Counted from the stretch's first letter, positions 47,758 to 57,449 are shown. The stretch is DNA of 64,000 bases from Candidatus Zhuqueibacterota bacterium (GCA_034506395.1 JAPDPQ010000001.1:4435-68434), one strand, 5' to 3'. The notes: generated from the letters alone by a model not told the origin. Numbers and translations: made by a program.

Positions 47758-48833
47758 TGTAAAATATTCTGTTTTTGCTCCAAATAATAAATATAATTCT
47801 CGAAAGAGACATCGGAGGGCACACGATGATCGACCATCGGGATATAGCCTCCCTGGTCTACCAGCGGAGCAATTCGCTCCAGCTCCCGATCGATGGCTTC
47901 TTTGCCTTTGATCAATGCTGTTTTATCCACACCGCCCATTAATAATATCGCATTGCCATATCGCTGTCGCAGCAGAACCGGATCGGTATGGAGCGCCTCG
48001 ATCGGAAACATGCAATTGATCCCTGCCTCCAACCAACCAGGCACTAACTCATATATACAGCCATCGCAGTCAAGCACATTAATATCGACGCCATATTTTT
48101 GCAGCGCTGCCGTAACCCGTTTATAGCGTGGCACCATCAGTTCCTGAAACAGCTTGGGCGAAATCAACGGCCCGCGATTATAACACATATCCTCCCACCA
48201 CCAGGCCATATCGACTCGAATTCCTGGGAGACTTTGCTCGATCAGCTGCAGTGTCAATTGGGTCAGATGCTCCATCATCTCTTCCACCCAGTCGCGATCA
48301 GTCATGATCGCAATAGACAGGTTTTCCATCCCCATCCAGTTTCGGAGAACGCCATAAAGGGAGCCGGCATCGAATCGGATTGGCATCCCGATCGCATGAG
48401 CTTCCACCACGGCTGCTCGAACATCTCCGATTCGCTCAGCGAAATTCGGATCGAGATGCTCAGTTCGATAGCGTTCCCAATCTTCCCGGGTCTCAATACC
48501 GAATTTCAGATAGCGAGGGATGGTCTCACCAAATTTTGGTGACTGACAGATGATCCCTTCTTCATTTTGATAGACCCTGTAGTCGGCTCCTTCCTCTAAT
48601 ACACGGTAGTCGAACCGCGGACAAAGGCCATTTTTAGCAGGTAGCCAGGGGATAATCTCTACGCCCTCCAACCCCAAATATCGTTCGACATCTTGGTTCG
48701 TTTTCACATGAACTGGCAGACCTTGCGTATGCCATTTCTCGATCGTCTCATCCCAATAGCCGAATTCCATATTAGGAACGCGATCTGGCTTTTGCCAGTG
48801 CATCACTCTATAAAAACGTTCTTGGGTCGTCAT
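47754..48833 (-). CDS. Uroporphyrinogen-decarboxylase (URO-D) family protein, MtaA/CmuA-like branch, function unknown
   Basis: 359 aa with overall URO-D-like TIM-barrel pattern (RFYRVMHWQKPDRVP.., ..DMAWWWEDMCYNRGPLISP.., ..NVLDCDGC..). The family call is from memory of such 'URO-D like' proteins. Confidence 0.6.
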   Translation of the reverse strand: MTTQERFYRVMHWQKPDRVPNMEFGYWDETIEKWHTQGLPVHVKTNQDVERYLGLEGVEIIPWLPAKNGLCPRFDYRVLEEGADYRVYQNEEGIICQSPKFGETIPRYLKFGIETREDWERYRTEHLDPNFAERIGDVRAAVVEAHAIGMPIRFDAGSLYGVLRNWMGMENLSIAIMTDRDWVEEMMEHLTQLTLQLIEQSLPGIRVDMAWWWEDMCYNRGPLISPKLFQELMVPRYKRVTAALQKYGVDINVLDCDGCIYELVPGWLEAGINCMFPIEALHTDPVLLRQRYGNAILLMGGVDKTALIKGKEAIDRELERIAPLVDQGGYIPMVDHRVPSDVSFENYIYYLEQKQNILQ

Positions 48834-49224
48834 TTTCGTCTCCAGTCATTGGTTTGACTTTAGCCGTCTGCAAGATTCCAAAATGCTACCCTGGGAATGT
48901 AGACACATCTGAATTTGCCGTTCAAAAAAATTAACGATGATCTTGCATTCGGAGCAATGTTTGGATCGATTTGAATCGCTTAATATAGTGCTCTCGCCCT
49001 AAAATAGCAAGCAAAACTTTCTGTTTGATCCAAGCCATATGAGACAAAAGTTTTCCTTGAAATTTTGGTTTTTTTTCTTAAATTGAATCTATAAGCATAT
49101 CGATCTCGATAAACTGCTCTCCATTTTTATGATGAGCAGAACTTTTTGCAATCTCAAGGAATGATAGATCGAAATATTAGGATTGGAGCAATAGAACGAA
49201 TCGTCAAAATAGGAGCGAATATCA

Positions 49225-51588
49225 GTGACGCCGAGAGTTGAGAAATTAAGAAGACAAAGCCTGGAGACTCCGACATCGATTACAGCAGAGCGAGCGGTTT
49301 TAATCACCGAATTCTATCGATCGCATGATGCATTGACTATCTCAGCGCCGATGCGCCGGGCATTGGCGTTCAAATATCTGATGGAACATAAAGCCGTTTG
49401 CATCAACGATGGTGAGTTGATCGTTGGCGAGCGCGGACCGGCTCCTCGGTCAACCCCAACATTCCCAGAGATCTGCTGCCATACGATTGAGGAGCTTGAG
49501 ATCCTCAATTCGAGGGAAAAAGTGAGCTACGCGGTCTCTGAAGAAACCAAGCGGATTTATCGCGAGCAAATTATTCCCTATTGGAAGGGAAAGACTATTC
49601 GGGAAAAGATCTTTGAGGAGATGACCGATGAGTGGAAAGCGGCCTATCGCGCTGGGATTTTTACCGAGTTCATGGAGCAACGCGCTCCTGGTCATACAGC
49701 ATTAGATGACAAAATTTACTTGAAAGGCTTTTTGGGATTTAAGAAAGAGATCGAAGAGCAACTGAGTCGATTGGATTATCTAAACGATCCGGAAGCGTAC
49801 GAGAAGCAGGAACAGCTCAAAGCCATGGCCATTGCTGCGGATGCCATCATTCGCTATGCCGAACGACATGCCGAACTCGCCCAACAAATGGCCCGCAAAG
49901 AATCTGATCCAGTCAGGAAACGCGAACTTGAGCAAATTGCAGAAATCTGCGCCTATGTCCCAGCCAATCCGCCACGAACCTTCTGGGAGGCGCTGCAGGC
50001 GTACTGGTTCACCCATGTTGGGGTGATTTCGGAATTAAACACCTGGGACGCCATCTGCCCTGGCCGATTCGATCAGCATTTTTATCCGTTTTACAAAAAG
50101 GACATTGAGTCTGGTCTATTGTCTCGAGAGGCCGCTAAGGAGCTTCTGCAATGCTTCTGGATCAAATTCAACAATCAGCCCGCCCCTCCAAAGGTGGGCG
50201 TCACTGCTCAGGAGAGCGGGACTTATAACGATTTTGCGCTGATTTCGCTGGCCGGACAAACGCGCGATGGAAAAGACGGTGCCAACGAGCTCTCCTATTT
50301 ATGCCTCGATGTATTGGAGGAATTGCGGCTGGTGCAGCCCCACTGTTGCGTTCAATTGAGCCAGCAAAATCCCGATCGCCTGCTGAAGCGTGCGCTCGAG
50401 GTCAATCGCACTGGTCTGGGTCAACCCTCGATCTTCAATCATGACGCCGTGGTCCAGGAGCTTATTCGCCAGGGCAAATCTATCGAAGACGCGAGGACCG
50501 GCGGCACCAGTGGGTGTGTGGAGACCGGGGCATTGGGCAAGGAAAATTACAATCTCACCGGCTACTTTAATATGATGAAAGTGCTGGAAATCACGCTCCA
50601 CAATGGCGTCGATCCCCGTACTGGAGAAAAGATCGGGATCGAAACCGGGGATCCCACTCGATTTGAAAATTTTGAGCAATTATTCGAGGCTTATAAAAGA
50701 CAGCTTCGGCACTTCATCGACATTAAGATCCGAGGCAATAACATCATCGAAAAAATCTATGCGCAATATATGCCCACGCCGTTTCTTTCATTGTTGATTA
50801 GCGATTGCATTCAACGTGGTAAAGATTATCACAATGGCGGAGCGCGCTACAATACAAGCTACATCCAGGGCGTTGGTTTGGGCAGCATTACGGACGCCAT
50901 GAGCTCATTGAAATATCATGTTTACGATCATCGCAAGCTCACCATGGAGCAGATGCTCAGCGTCCTTAAAGATAATTATGAGGGCCATGAAAGGATTCGG
51001 CAGATGATGCGCTATCAGACACCCAAGTACGGCAATGACGATGATTATGCCGATGAGATTATGAAGCGGGTATTTGAAGCCTACTTTGAAGCGATCGATG
51101 GCAGGAAAAATATGAAAGGAGGAACTTATCGCATCAACTTGCTCCCGACGACGGTTCATGTCTACTTTGGCTCAGTGGTGGGAGCAACTCCCGATGGTCG
51201 AAAGGCAGGAGACGTACTCTCTGAAGGGGTGTCTCCAGTTCAGGGGGCGGATCGAAACGGTCCAACAGCAGTGATTAAATCGGTAGCCAAAATCGATCAT
51301 TTACGCACGGGCGGCACTTTGCTGAATCAGAAATTTTCACCTTCGCTACTGAGCAGCGATAACGGACTCGCTGGACTCGCCCATTTGGTACGATCTTATT
51401 TTAAAATGAACGGACATCACATCCAATTTAATGTGGTGACCGCTGCTACGCTCCGAGCGGCTCAGCAGCACCCAGAGAAGTATCGCGACCTGATCGTTCG
51501 GGTGGCAGGATATAGCGATTATTTCTGCAACTTGAATAAAGGCCTGCAGGATGAGATCATCGCCAGGACCGAACATCAAAGCTTTTAG
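49225..51588 (+). CDS. Glycyl radical enzyme of the dehydratase/eliminase (GCVE) clade; substrate unknown
   Basis: 787 aa. Glycyl radical motif LIVRVAGYSDYF (Gly762, codon 51508-51510). Thiyl loop GTSGCVETG (Cys431-x-Glu433, 50515-50523). N-terminal PFL-like fold motifs (INDGELIVGERG, FTEFMEQRAPGH). GTG start. Confidence 0.9.
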   Translation: MTPRVEKLRRQSLETPTSITAERAVLITEFYRSHDALTISAPMRRALAFKYLMEHKAVCINDGELIVGERGPAPRSTPTFPEICCHTIEELEILNSREKVSYAVSEETKRIYREQIIPYWKGKTIREKIFEEMTDEWKAAYRAGIFTEFMEQRAPGHTALDDKIYLKGFLGFKKEIEEQLSRLDYLNDPEAYEKQEQLKAMAIAADAIIRYAERHAELAQQMARKESDPVRKRELEQIAEICAYVPANPPRTFWEALQAYWFTHVGVISELNTWDAICPGRFDQHFYPFYKKDIESGLLSREAAKELLQCFWIKFNNQPAPPKVGVTAQESGTYNDFALISLAGQTRDGKDGANELSYLCLDVLEELRLVQPHCCVQLSQQNPDRLLKRALEVNRTGLGQPSIFNHDAVVQELIRQGKSIEDARTGGTSGCVETGALGKENYNLTGYFNMMKVLEITLHNGVDPRTGEKIGIETGDPTRFENFEQLFEAYKRQLRHFIDIKIRGNNIIEKIYAQYMPTPFLSLLISDCIQRGKDYHNGGARYNTSYIQGVGLGSITDAMSSLKYHVYDHRKLTMEQMLSVLKDNYEGHERIRQMMRYQTPKYGNDDDYADEIMKRVFEAYFEAIDGRKNMKGGTYRINLLPTTVHVYFGSVVGATPDGRKAGDVLSEGVSPVQGADRNGPTAVIKSVAKIDHLRTGGTLLNQKFSPSLLSSDNGLAGLAHLVRSYFKMNGHHIQFNVVTAATLRAAQQHPEKYRDLIVRVAGYSDYFCNLNKGLQDEIIARTEHQSF

Positions 51589-51741
51589 TTGTCGACCTCA
51601 ATGAGCTGTTTCACCTCTTATTTCAAAACGAAACGGGTGATGACCAAATTATCAGACCCGATTTCTATCGCGCGACCAATCGAGTAGCTGTCAGTTTGTT
51701 TTTGCCTTGGCATTGATTGAATAGGAACTTTTTGCCAGAAT

Positions 51742-52842
51742 TCATTGGTAATAGACCACGATGGCCTTGATCAGCCCAAACAATTTTTTATGAAGTTCCC
51801 ATGGGATACCATCGACTGACATAGCTGGGTGGCCAAGTTTGCCGTCAACGGCGATTCCAGTTTGAAAATAGCTCTCGATGAGTTTCGTTTCCGCAGCTTC
51901 ATCGAAAAGCTCGAGAAACTCATCGGCTCGATTCAGACAGAGATATAACCCAGCGATCAGTGCATAAGCTGCCCAATTGGACACTCCGGCCACGATAGTC
52001 GCATCGGCTGCCACGCGACAGGCAAATTTGCCCGCGTGGGCTGAGGCGATGTTGCACGCAATAACACGCCATGGAATGGAACCCATGCCGATTTCATTTC
52101 CTCCATCACCAATGCCAATCGTAAAAATCGGTTTCGAGGCGATCGTTTTGTTCTCGAATAACAGATGAATGGGGGCTGTGTCCTGACCAACCGGAAGGCC
52201 GTTCATCGTGAAGGGCTCGCCTTGCGATTCGCCCGGCCCTTGGGAAAGAAACCTGTTGAAATTGGATTCATCTGATAAATTTTCTTGCTTGGAGAACGAT
52301 TCGAGGGTATGGCTGGGTCCCACCCGTTCGATCGCGATCAAACAGCTCAGACGGTCATGGTTCAAGAAGAAATTTCGAACTTCTTCCATCATCATGTTGT
52401 TGTTGGCATATCGAATATCTTGTGCAGCCACATGATCGGACCGCGACCATTGAGAAGGGAATTCGATCAATTCACAATGATCCAGTTGATTGGCATAAAG
52501 GTGAACTCCCTGTGCCAGCAAGGGGAGGCCATAACGATCACTGATGAGCAAGACAGGGTATCCCAGCCGATTCAATCCTCGGGCCAGAAATAATGCACCA
52601 GGTGGGCCATCGTTCTCTGGCGCTGGTGGCTGTACATTCGGAATAAAAAAACCTGTCACAATGCCCACCTCATTGCCAGGATGCTCGATCAGAAATTGGA
52701 TCGCTTTCGCCAAATGACCTTGGGTCCTGGTACAGAGATTATCCTCTGGGATTCGGTGAATTCCGCGGCACCCCACATCGGTTTGAATGAGCCATTCCAA
52801 TTGCGCAAGCTGCTGCATTTTTATTTGGTCAGAAATTTTCAT
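51742..52842 (-). CDS. DUF4392 (D-glutamate cyclase-like) domain protein
   Basis: 366 aa with ..IVTGFFIP.., ..ERVGPS.. and ..IGIGDGGNEIGMG.. blocks, which I associate with the DUF4392 / glutamate cyclase domain. Moderate confidence only. Confidence 0.5.
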   Translation of the reverse strand: MKISDQIKMQQLAQLEWLIQTDVGCRGIHRIPEDNLCTRTQGHLAKAIQFLIEHPGNEVGIVTGFFIPNVQPPAPENDGPPGALFLARGLNRLGYPVLLISDRYGLPLLAQGVHLYANQLDHCELIEFPSQWSRSDHVAAQDIRYANNNMMMEEVRNFFLNHDRLSCLIAIERVGPSHTLESFSKQENLSDESNFNRFLSQGPGESQGEPFTMNGLPVGQDTAPIHLLFENKTIASKPIFTIGIGDGGNEIGMGSIPWRVIACNIASAHAGKFACRVAADATIVAGVSNWAAYALIAGLYLCLNRADEFLELFDEAAETKLIESYFQTGIAVDGKLGHPAMSVDGIPWELHKKLFGLIKAIVVYYQ

Positions 52843-52916
52843 TCCAGCAGGATCATTGCCTCATAAAAGAACCATCCCATCAATGCTCATCTTCTTTTCG
52901 GAGCAGGTTCGTGATA

Positions 52917-55900
52917 TTATCTTGCAATCACCATTTTTCGCGTGAGCCGTTCAGTCGGCGTAATTAAACTATAAAAATAGATACCGCTCACAACACTCTC
53001 TCCCAGATCATCCCTTCCATCCCAATAGATTGTGTAAAAACCAGCTTTATGAAACTCATCAACCAGCGTCTTGATCTTTCGCCCCAGCACGTTGCTAATC
53101 ATGATTTTCACCTGACCATCGGTTGGGATCTCATATTTGATCGAAGTCTGGGTGTTAAAAGGATTGGGATAATTTTGCCATAGCATGAATTTTTCTGGTT
53201 TGGGCGCTGTAAGAGCAATGACGTTGTGAAATTTTTTCTTGCCGGTCAAGCTCAACTGTTCCAATTTGTAAAAATAGGTTTTTCCCGCCTCAGCGGTGCG
53301 ATCCTGAAACGAATAATGCTCCTTTCCCGTGATGAGCTGATCGGTGAGCCGGGTGAAGTCCTTGTTGGGTGATTCGCTGCGATAAAGATGAAACCCTGCA
53401 CAATTGGTTTCATAGCTAATGATCCAAAAAAGATCAATGGTGGCATCGCTATTGATGCGGCCGAAGAAATTATCGAGCTGGGCAAATTGCGGATAATAAG
53501 AACAAGCCAAATTGCACTTTCGAAATCCAGATTGATAACCATTACTTGTCAACAACTTGACACGCCAGTAAAACGGTCGATCAATGCTGATCCGCTCAAA
53601 CCCGATCAATTGATTCAAGTTGATCCTCTTCGTTCGGCAGGTGTCGGTACTGATCAATTTTGAAAATGTGCTGTCCCAGCTGAGCTGAATCACATATCGG
53701 CACTTCGTGAGATCAATGTCCTGCGAAAGTAACGAATCATTTTCCCAAATGAATAGATCTTCCTCGTGAATTCGACCTCCTTGAATTGGGAAGATCAACC
53801 GAGGGGCAGGTAACTGGATTTGTTTGGCTGGATGAATCACCCAATGGTGCATGACTGTGGTATCGCGACCTTCGACAACGAGCCATACAGTATCACTCAT
53901 TGAAATGGCTGAATTGACACGATAACAAAAACTGCTGTCCTGGCCGATTTTCATAAGCTGCTGACCGATCGACCAACGATATTGAAGAACATCGCGATCT
54001 CCTTCGCGCACCCCAACCGAAAGGGTGAGGCTATCTGGTGGAGTAATTGAGAGTTCCTCTTCCTTGGGGTAAAATGCCAATCGGAATGGGCGAGCTTCCA
54101 GCATCTTGGCCTTTTGGATATACCAGCGATGAACGATCGCGCTATCTCCATGTTCGATCAGCACTGTAATTGTATCGATTTTCGAATCGCGAAAGACAGG
54201 ATGATAGACGAAAATCGAGTCCTGGGCTGAGGAGTCGATCTGATGATTAACTTTCCATCGAAACCGAAAGTCATTCTTGGCATGGCGAACCAGAAAGACC
54301 AAACTATCGCTCAAAACTACTACCGAATCCTGGGGCAGATAGTGAATTTTTTTGCTCTCGGCGATGGAATCGAGCGGGCTGGGCCATAAGATCCATTGCA
54401 AATAAATGGCAGTATCGGCATCGGTGATACTGAGCCTCAGGGTATCGACAGTTGAACGATTTTCGGTGCAGCTAAAAACATATTGGTGCTGGCGGGCTGA
54501 GCGATCGATCAGGCCATTGAGTGACCAACTATATCGCAAACTGTCATGATCCGGATCCTGGCACAGCACTTGAAATTGAATGCTATCGCTTTTGACGATG
54601 AACGAATCAAGCGGGGGAGAACAATACCGGATTTGAGGTGCTCGATTTGGCCGCACTTTTGTGCTTACAATCCAGCGATGCGTCATGGAGCTATCCTGAT
54701 CCGCAATTTCGACTACAATCGTATCTAGGACTGTCGATTTATCCCCTTTGATAAATTTGTAGCTTGGCTCAACGGCAATGTTATCTTTCTTGCCATTGAT
54801 CAACCAACGCCAGTGATATTTCCCTCTCGCAACAGAATCAGCTAAAACCGATAGGATCAGAGTATCCCCAAATGCAATAGTCGTGTCAGATTGGGGCAGA
54901 AATCGCAAATCATTCAGGAGCCGGCGCGCCACGATCAAATCTACGATCCATTGATGTCTTAAGGTGGTATCTGAGGCAATAATGGTCACTGCAATAACAT
55001 TCTTGCCGGAGACGAGGGAATCGGAGGGGATCAATACCCAAGGATTTATGCTTGGTGCAAAAATTCTCTCATTAACCTGCCAGCGAAAAGAGAGCGAATC
55101 GACATCGGACGAGAACGTTTGTATTGAACATTTGAGCCGATCACCTATCCTTATGGTTGTATCTGATTTGGGGAATGTCCCAACAATAGCGATCTTGTTG
55201 GCGCTTTTCTGAGGCCACAAAATCCAGGAATGAATCAGAGTAGTGTCTTCATCAAAATGTCTGATTTTTACCGTGATGGTATCATTGGGTTTCTGTTCGA
55301 ACTGGTATGATTGAAAGGCAATTCGATTCGAATCATTCGAAATGGGCTTTCTATTCAACAGCCATTGAAATGAATATTTTTCTGAATCAATTGGCACGAC
55401 AGCAAAAGATATCGACGCCCCTTTTAAGATTGATGTATCTTGGGAGGGAAAAAATTGGAATAGGGATCGCAGCTCGGGATGAACAAACACAACATTGGAT
55501 CTTGTGATTTCATGAGCGACCGAATCAAAAGCAGAGATATAATACCAGTAGCGCTGATTCGGATTGGTGTTGACGTCTGTGAAAAGAGTATCCGAAGCCG
55601 GGAATTGAGAGATGGGTCGAAACGATCGCTGATGCTCCTCTTTTCGGAAGAGACAATAGCCCGCAAACTCAGGATCGCCAGTCCACTGCAAACTTGGAGG
55701 AAATCGATTAACGATTGTTAAACTGGGTGGTTGGATAATTCGGTTTATGAACGTAAACTCTTTCTCACAACGAAAACCCTCTTGTGTTGATATTTCGAGC
55801 ACAAGTCTGGCTTTATAGCCATGCGGACAATCGCCATTCATCGTTAATATCATCGGCGCCAATTCGTTGGTGAATTCCTGATTGTATTCCAATACAGGAA

Positions 55901-57449
55901 GAGTCACGTTCGAATTTTCGATGGCGACTTGAAGATCGCGGCTGAAGAGTTGCATCGATATCCCATGGGCAGTTGAAGAGAGATTTTTGATCTTGAACCA
56001 GATTGGAACCGAAAGACAATTTGATTTATGATCTTTTTCGCCAGATAGATCAAACTGGATTTGTCGAACGACGATATTCGGCAGGAATTGGGAATTGACC
56101 GCACGGAAGAAATTGATTCTCCCAGCTCCCAGTTGGCCATAATAACCAGAGTTTTTCTGATAAATATTGTCACTGCTCCATAGAATTCTTTTCTTCAAGC
56201 TGTCGGTGGTGATGATTTTTTCATTGGACAACAATATCCCAGCTAAGCAAGTGACATGGGCAGCGGCGATGGATGTGGGTGAAGGCCAATATTTAATCGA
56301 ATCTGTTGCACTGATGGATGCGAAAAGCTGAGCAGGGGCAGCCAGATCGATCCAGGGCCCGAAATTGCCGGATGAAATTTTTTGGTCATATTGATCTGTT
56401 GCCGTGACTGACCAGACCTCAGGAAAGGCGGCTGGATAAGCCGGCGCTTGGGCAAAATAATCTCCAGCAGCAGAGATGATCACCACATCGCGCTTGGCAG
56501 CGTATCGGATTGCGTGGTGAAGCAATCGAGAGGAATCTTCTCCAGCCCAACTCAAACATATAACTCGAGCGCCGTGATTAGCCGCGTAGACGATCGCTTG
56601 GGCTGCTGCAGCAGCGGGTACCAAGATTTTGCCTTGTCGCGTCAACAAACCTGCTTTCAACGCCATCAGCGTCAATCGACCTCCTGAGCGAAAACTCGTC
56701 CAATTAAGCAGCGGCTGCATGATCATTCTTGCCAGAGAAGTTCCGTGTCCTGACTCGTCAATGGATTGATTGGTCCAATCGATCCCGTATCGGACCATCA
56801 TTTCCCTGGGCACAAAATTCCAGCCACAAAGATCATCAACCAGGCCATTGCCATCATTATCTTTTCCATCAGCCTTTTCTAGCCGGTTATGCCAGAGAAT
56901 TTCGCTCAAATGGGGATCGGTCTGATCGACCCCAGCATCGATACTGGCAATTGTCAGCGAATATTTTGGGCTCAGCTTTTCTAACAGATCGATTGTTTGC
57001 ATTTCCAACGGCATAACGATCGGCGGATTCGTCGTCACTTCCGCATAATAAAAATAATTGTAATCGACCCAATCAACATCTTTTAATTTTTCATAACTGC
57101 TCCTGATCCTCGAGGCCGCGATCCCGTTGGAAAATCGCAACAAATAACAGCGATCCAGAGGATTTCCATTAATCGGTCCTCTGCTGAACAACGGAATTAT
57201 CTCTTTTAACCGATAAATCGCGTTAAGAGAATCTAATTGAAAAACTCCAGTCAAAAATGGCGACTTGCTCAGATTGATTTTCAATGGAGACTTCAATCGA
57301 ATAATGAGTTCGTTACGCGCATATTGCTCTGATATTACGGAAGGCTGAGCATAAACGACTTGCGGAACGATAAAAAGTTGGCGGGGCGCTAAGATGGAAA
57401 TACTCAGCACAATAAATCCAGCTATAATTTTTATACCAACCTTCTTCAT
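52917..57449 (-). CDS. Secreted S8 (subtilisin-family) serine peptidase, 1510 aa, with two Fn3-like modules, six tandem Ig-like repeats and a T9SS-type C-terminal sorting domain
   Basis: Signal peptide and I9-like propeptide. Catalytic blocks SIDAGVD (Asp), GHGTSLA (His), SPTSIAAAHV (Ser). C-terminal LWQNYPNPFN..IYFYSL..MVIAR (aa 1422-1510, nt 52920-53186) is the NYPNPFN-type sorting/FlgD-Ig-like domain. Confidence 0.85.
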   Translation of the reverse strand: MKKVGIKIIAGFIVLSISILAPRQLFIVPQVVYAQPSVISEQYARNELIIRLKSPLKINLSKSPFLTGVFQLDSLNAIYRLKEIIPLFSRGPINGNPLDRCYLLRFSNGIAASRIRSSYEKLKDVDWVDYNYFYYAEVTTNPPIVMPLEMQTIDLLEKLSPKYSLTIASIDAGVDQTDPHLSEILWHNRLEKADGKDNDGNGLVDDLCGWNFVPREMMVRYGIDWTNQSIDESGHGTSLARMIMQPLLNWTSFRSGGRLTLMALKAGLLTRQGKILVPAAAAAQAIVYAANHGARVICLSWAGEDSSRLLHHAIRYAAKRDVVIISAAGDYFAQAPAYPAAFPEVWSVTATDQYDQKISSGNFGPWIDLAAPAQLFASISATDSIKYWPSPTSIAAAHVTCLAGILLSNEKIITTDSLKKRILWSSDNIYQKNSGYYGQLGAGRINFFRAVNSQFLPNIVVRQIQFDLSGEKDHKSNCLSVPIWFKIKNLSSTAHGISMQLFSRDLQVAIENSNVTLPVLEYNQEFTNELAPMILTMNGDCPHGYKARLVLEISTQEGFRCEKEFTFINRIIQPPSLTIVNRFPPSLQWTGDPEFAGYCLFRKEEHQRSFRPISQFPASDTLFTDVNTNPNQRYWYYISAFDSVAHEITRSNVVFVHPELRSLFQFFPSQDTSILKGASISFAVVPIDSEKYSFQWLLNRKPISNDSNRIAFQSYQFEQKPNDTITVKIRHFDEDTTLIHSWILWPQKSANKIAIVGTFPKSDTTIRIGDRLKCSIQTFSSDVDSLSFRWQVNERIFAPSINPWVLIPSDSLVSGKNVIAVTIIASDTTLRHQWIVDLIVARRLLNDLRFLPQSDTTIAFGDTLILSVLADSVARGKYHWRWLINGKKDNIAVEPSYKFIKGDKSTVLDTIVVEIADQDSSMTHRWIVSTKVRPNRAPQIRYCSPPLDSFIVKSDSIQFQVLCQDPDHDSLRYSWSLNGLIDRSARQHQYVFSCTENRSTVDTLRLSITDADTAIYLQWILWPSPLDSIAESKKIHYLPQDSVVVLSDSLVFLVRHAKNDFRFRWKVNHQIDSSAQDSIFVYHPVFRDSKIDTITVLIEHGDSAIVHRWYIQKAKMLEARPFRLAFYPKEEELSITPPDSLTLSVGVREGDRDVLQYRWSIGQQLMKIGQDSSFCYRVNSAISMSDTVWLVVEGRDTTVMHHWVIHPAKQIQLPAPRLIFPIQGGRIHEEDLFIWENDSLLSQDIDLTKCRYVIQLSWDSTFSKLISTDTCRTKRINLNQLIGFERISIDRPFYWRVKLLTSNGYQSGFRKCNLACSYYPQFAQLDNFFGRINSDATIDLFWIISYETNCAGFHLYRSESPNKDFTRLTDQLITGKEHYSFQDRTAEAGKTYFYKLEQLSLTGKKKFHNVIALTAPKPEKFMLWQNYPNPFNTQTSIKYEIPTDGQVKIMISNVLGRKIKTLVDEFHKAGFYTIYWDGRDDLGESVVSGIYFYSLITPTERLTRKMVIAR
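53832..55463 (-). repeat. Six tandem ~85-105-aa coding repeats inside the S8 peptidase (aa ~663-1206)
   Basis: Each unit contains [FY]x[FWY][RQS]W.[LVI][NG] (YSFQWLLN, LSFRWQVN, YHWRWLIN, LRYSWSLN, FRFRWKVN, LQYRWSIG). Each ends D[TS]..[HQ].W[IVY] (LIHSWILWP, LRHQWIV, MTHRWIV, IYLQWILWP, IVHRWYI, VMHHWVIHP). Confidence 0.8.

Noticed and set aside
49225-51588. Possibility that the glycyl radical enzyme belongs to a GRM-type (GRE-associated) microcompartment together with the shell genes at 5-10.6 kb
   Set aside because: It lies about 37 kb from the nearest shell gene with unrelated housekeeping genes in between. It has no N- or C-terminal extension resembling an encapsulation peptide, and its conserved core starts at residue 1. 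The BMC locus already has its own signature enzymes.
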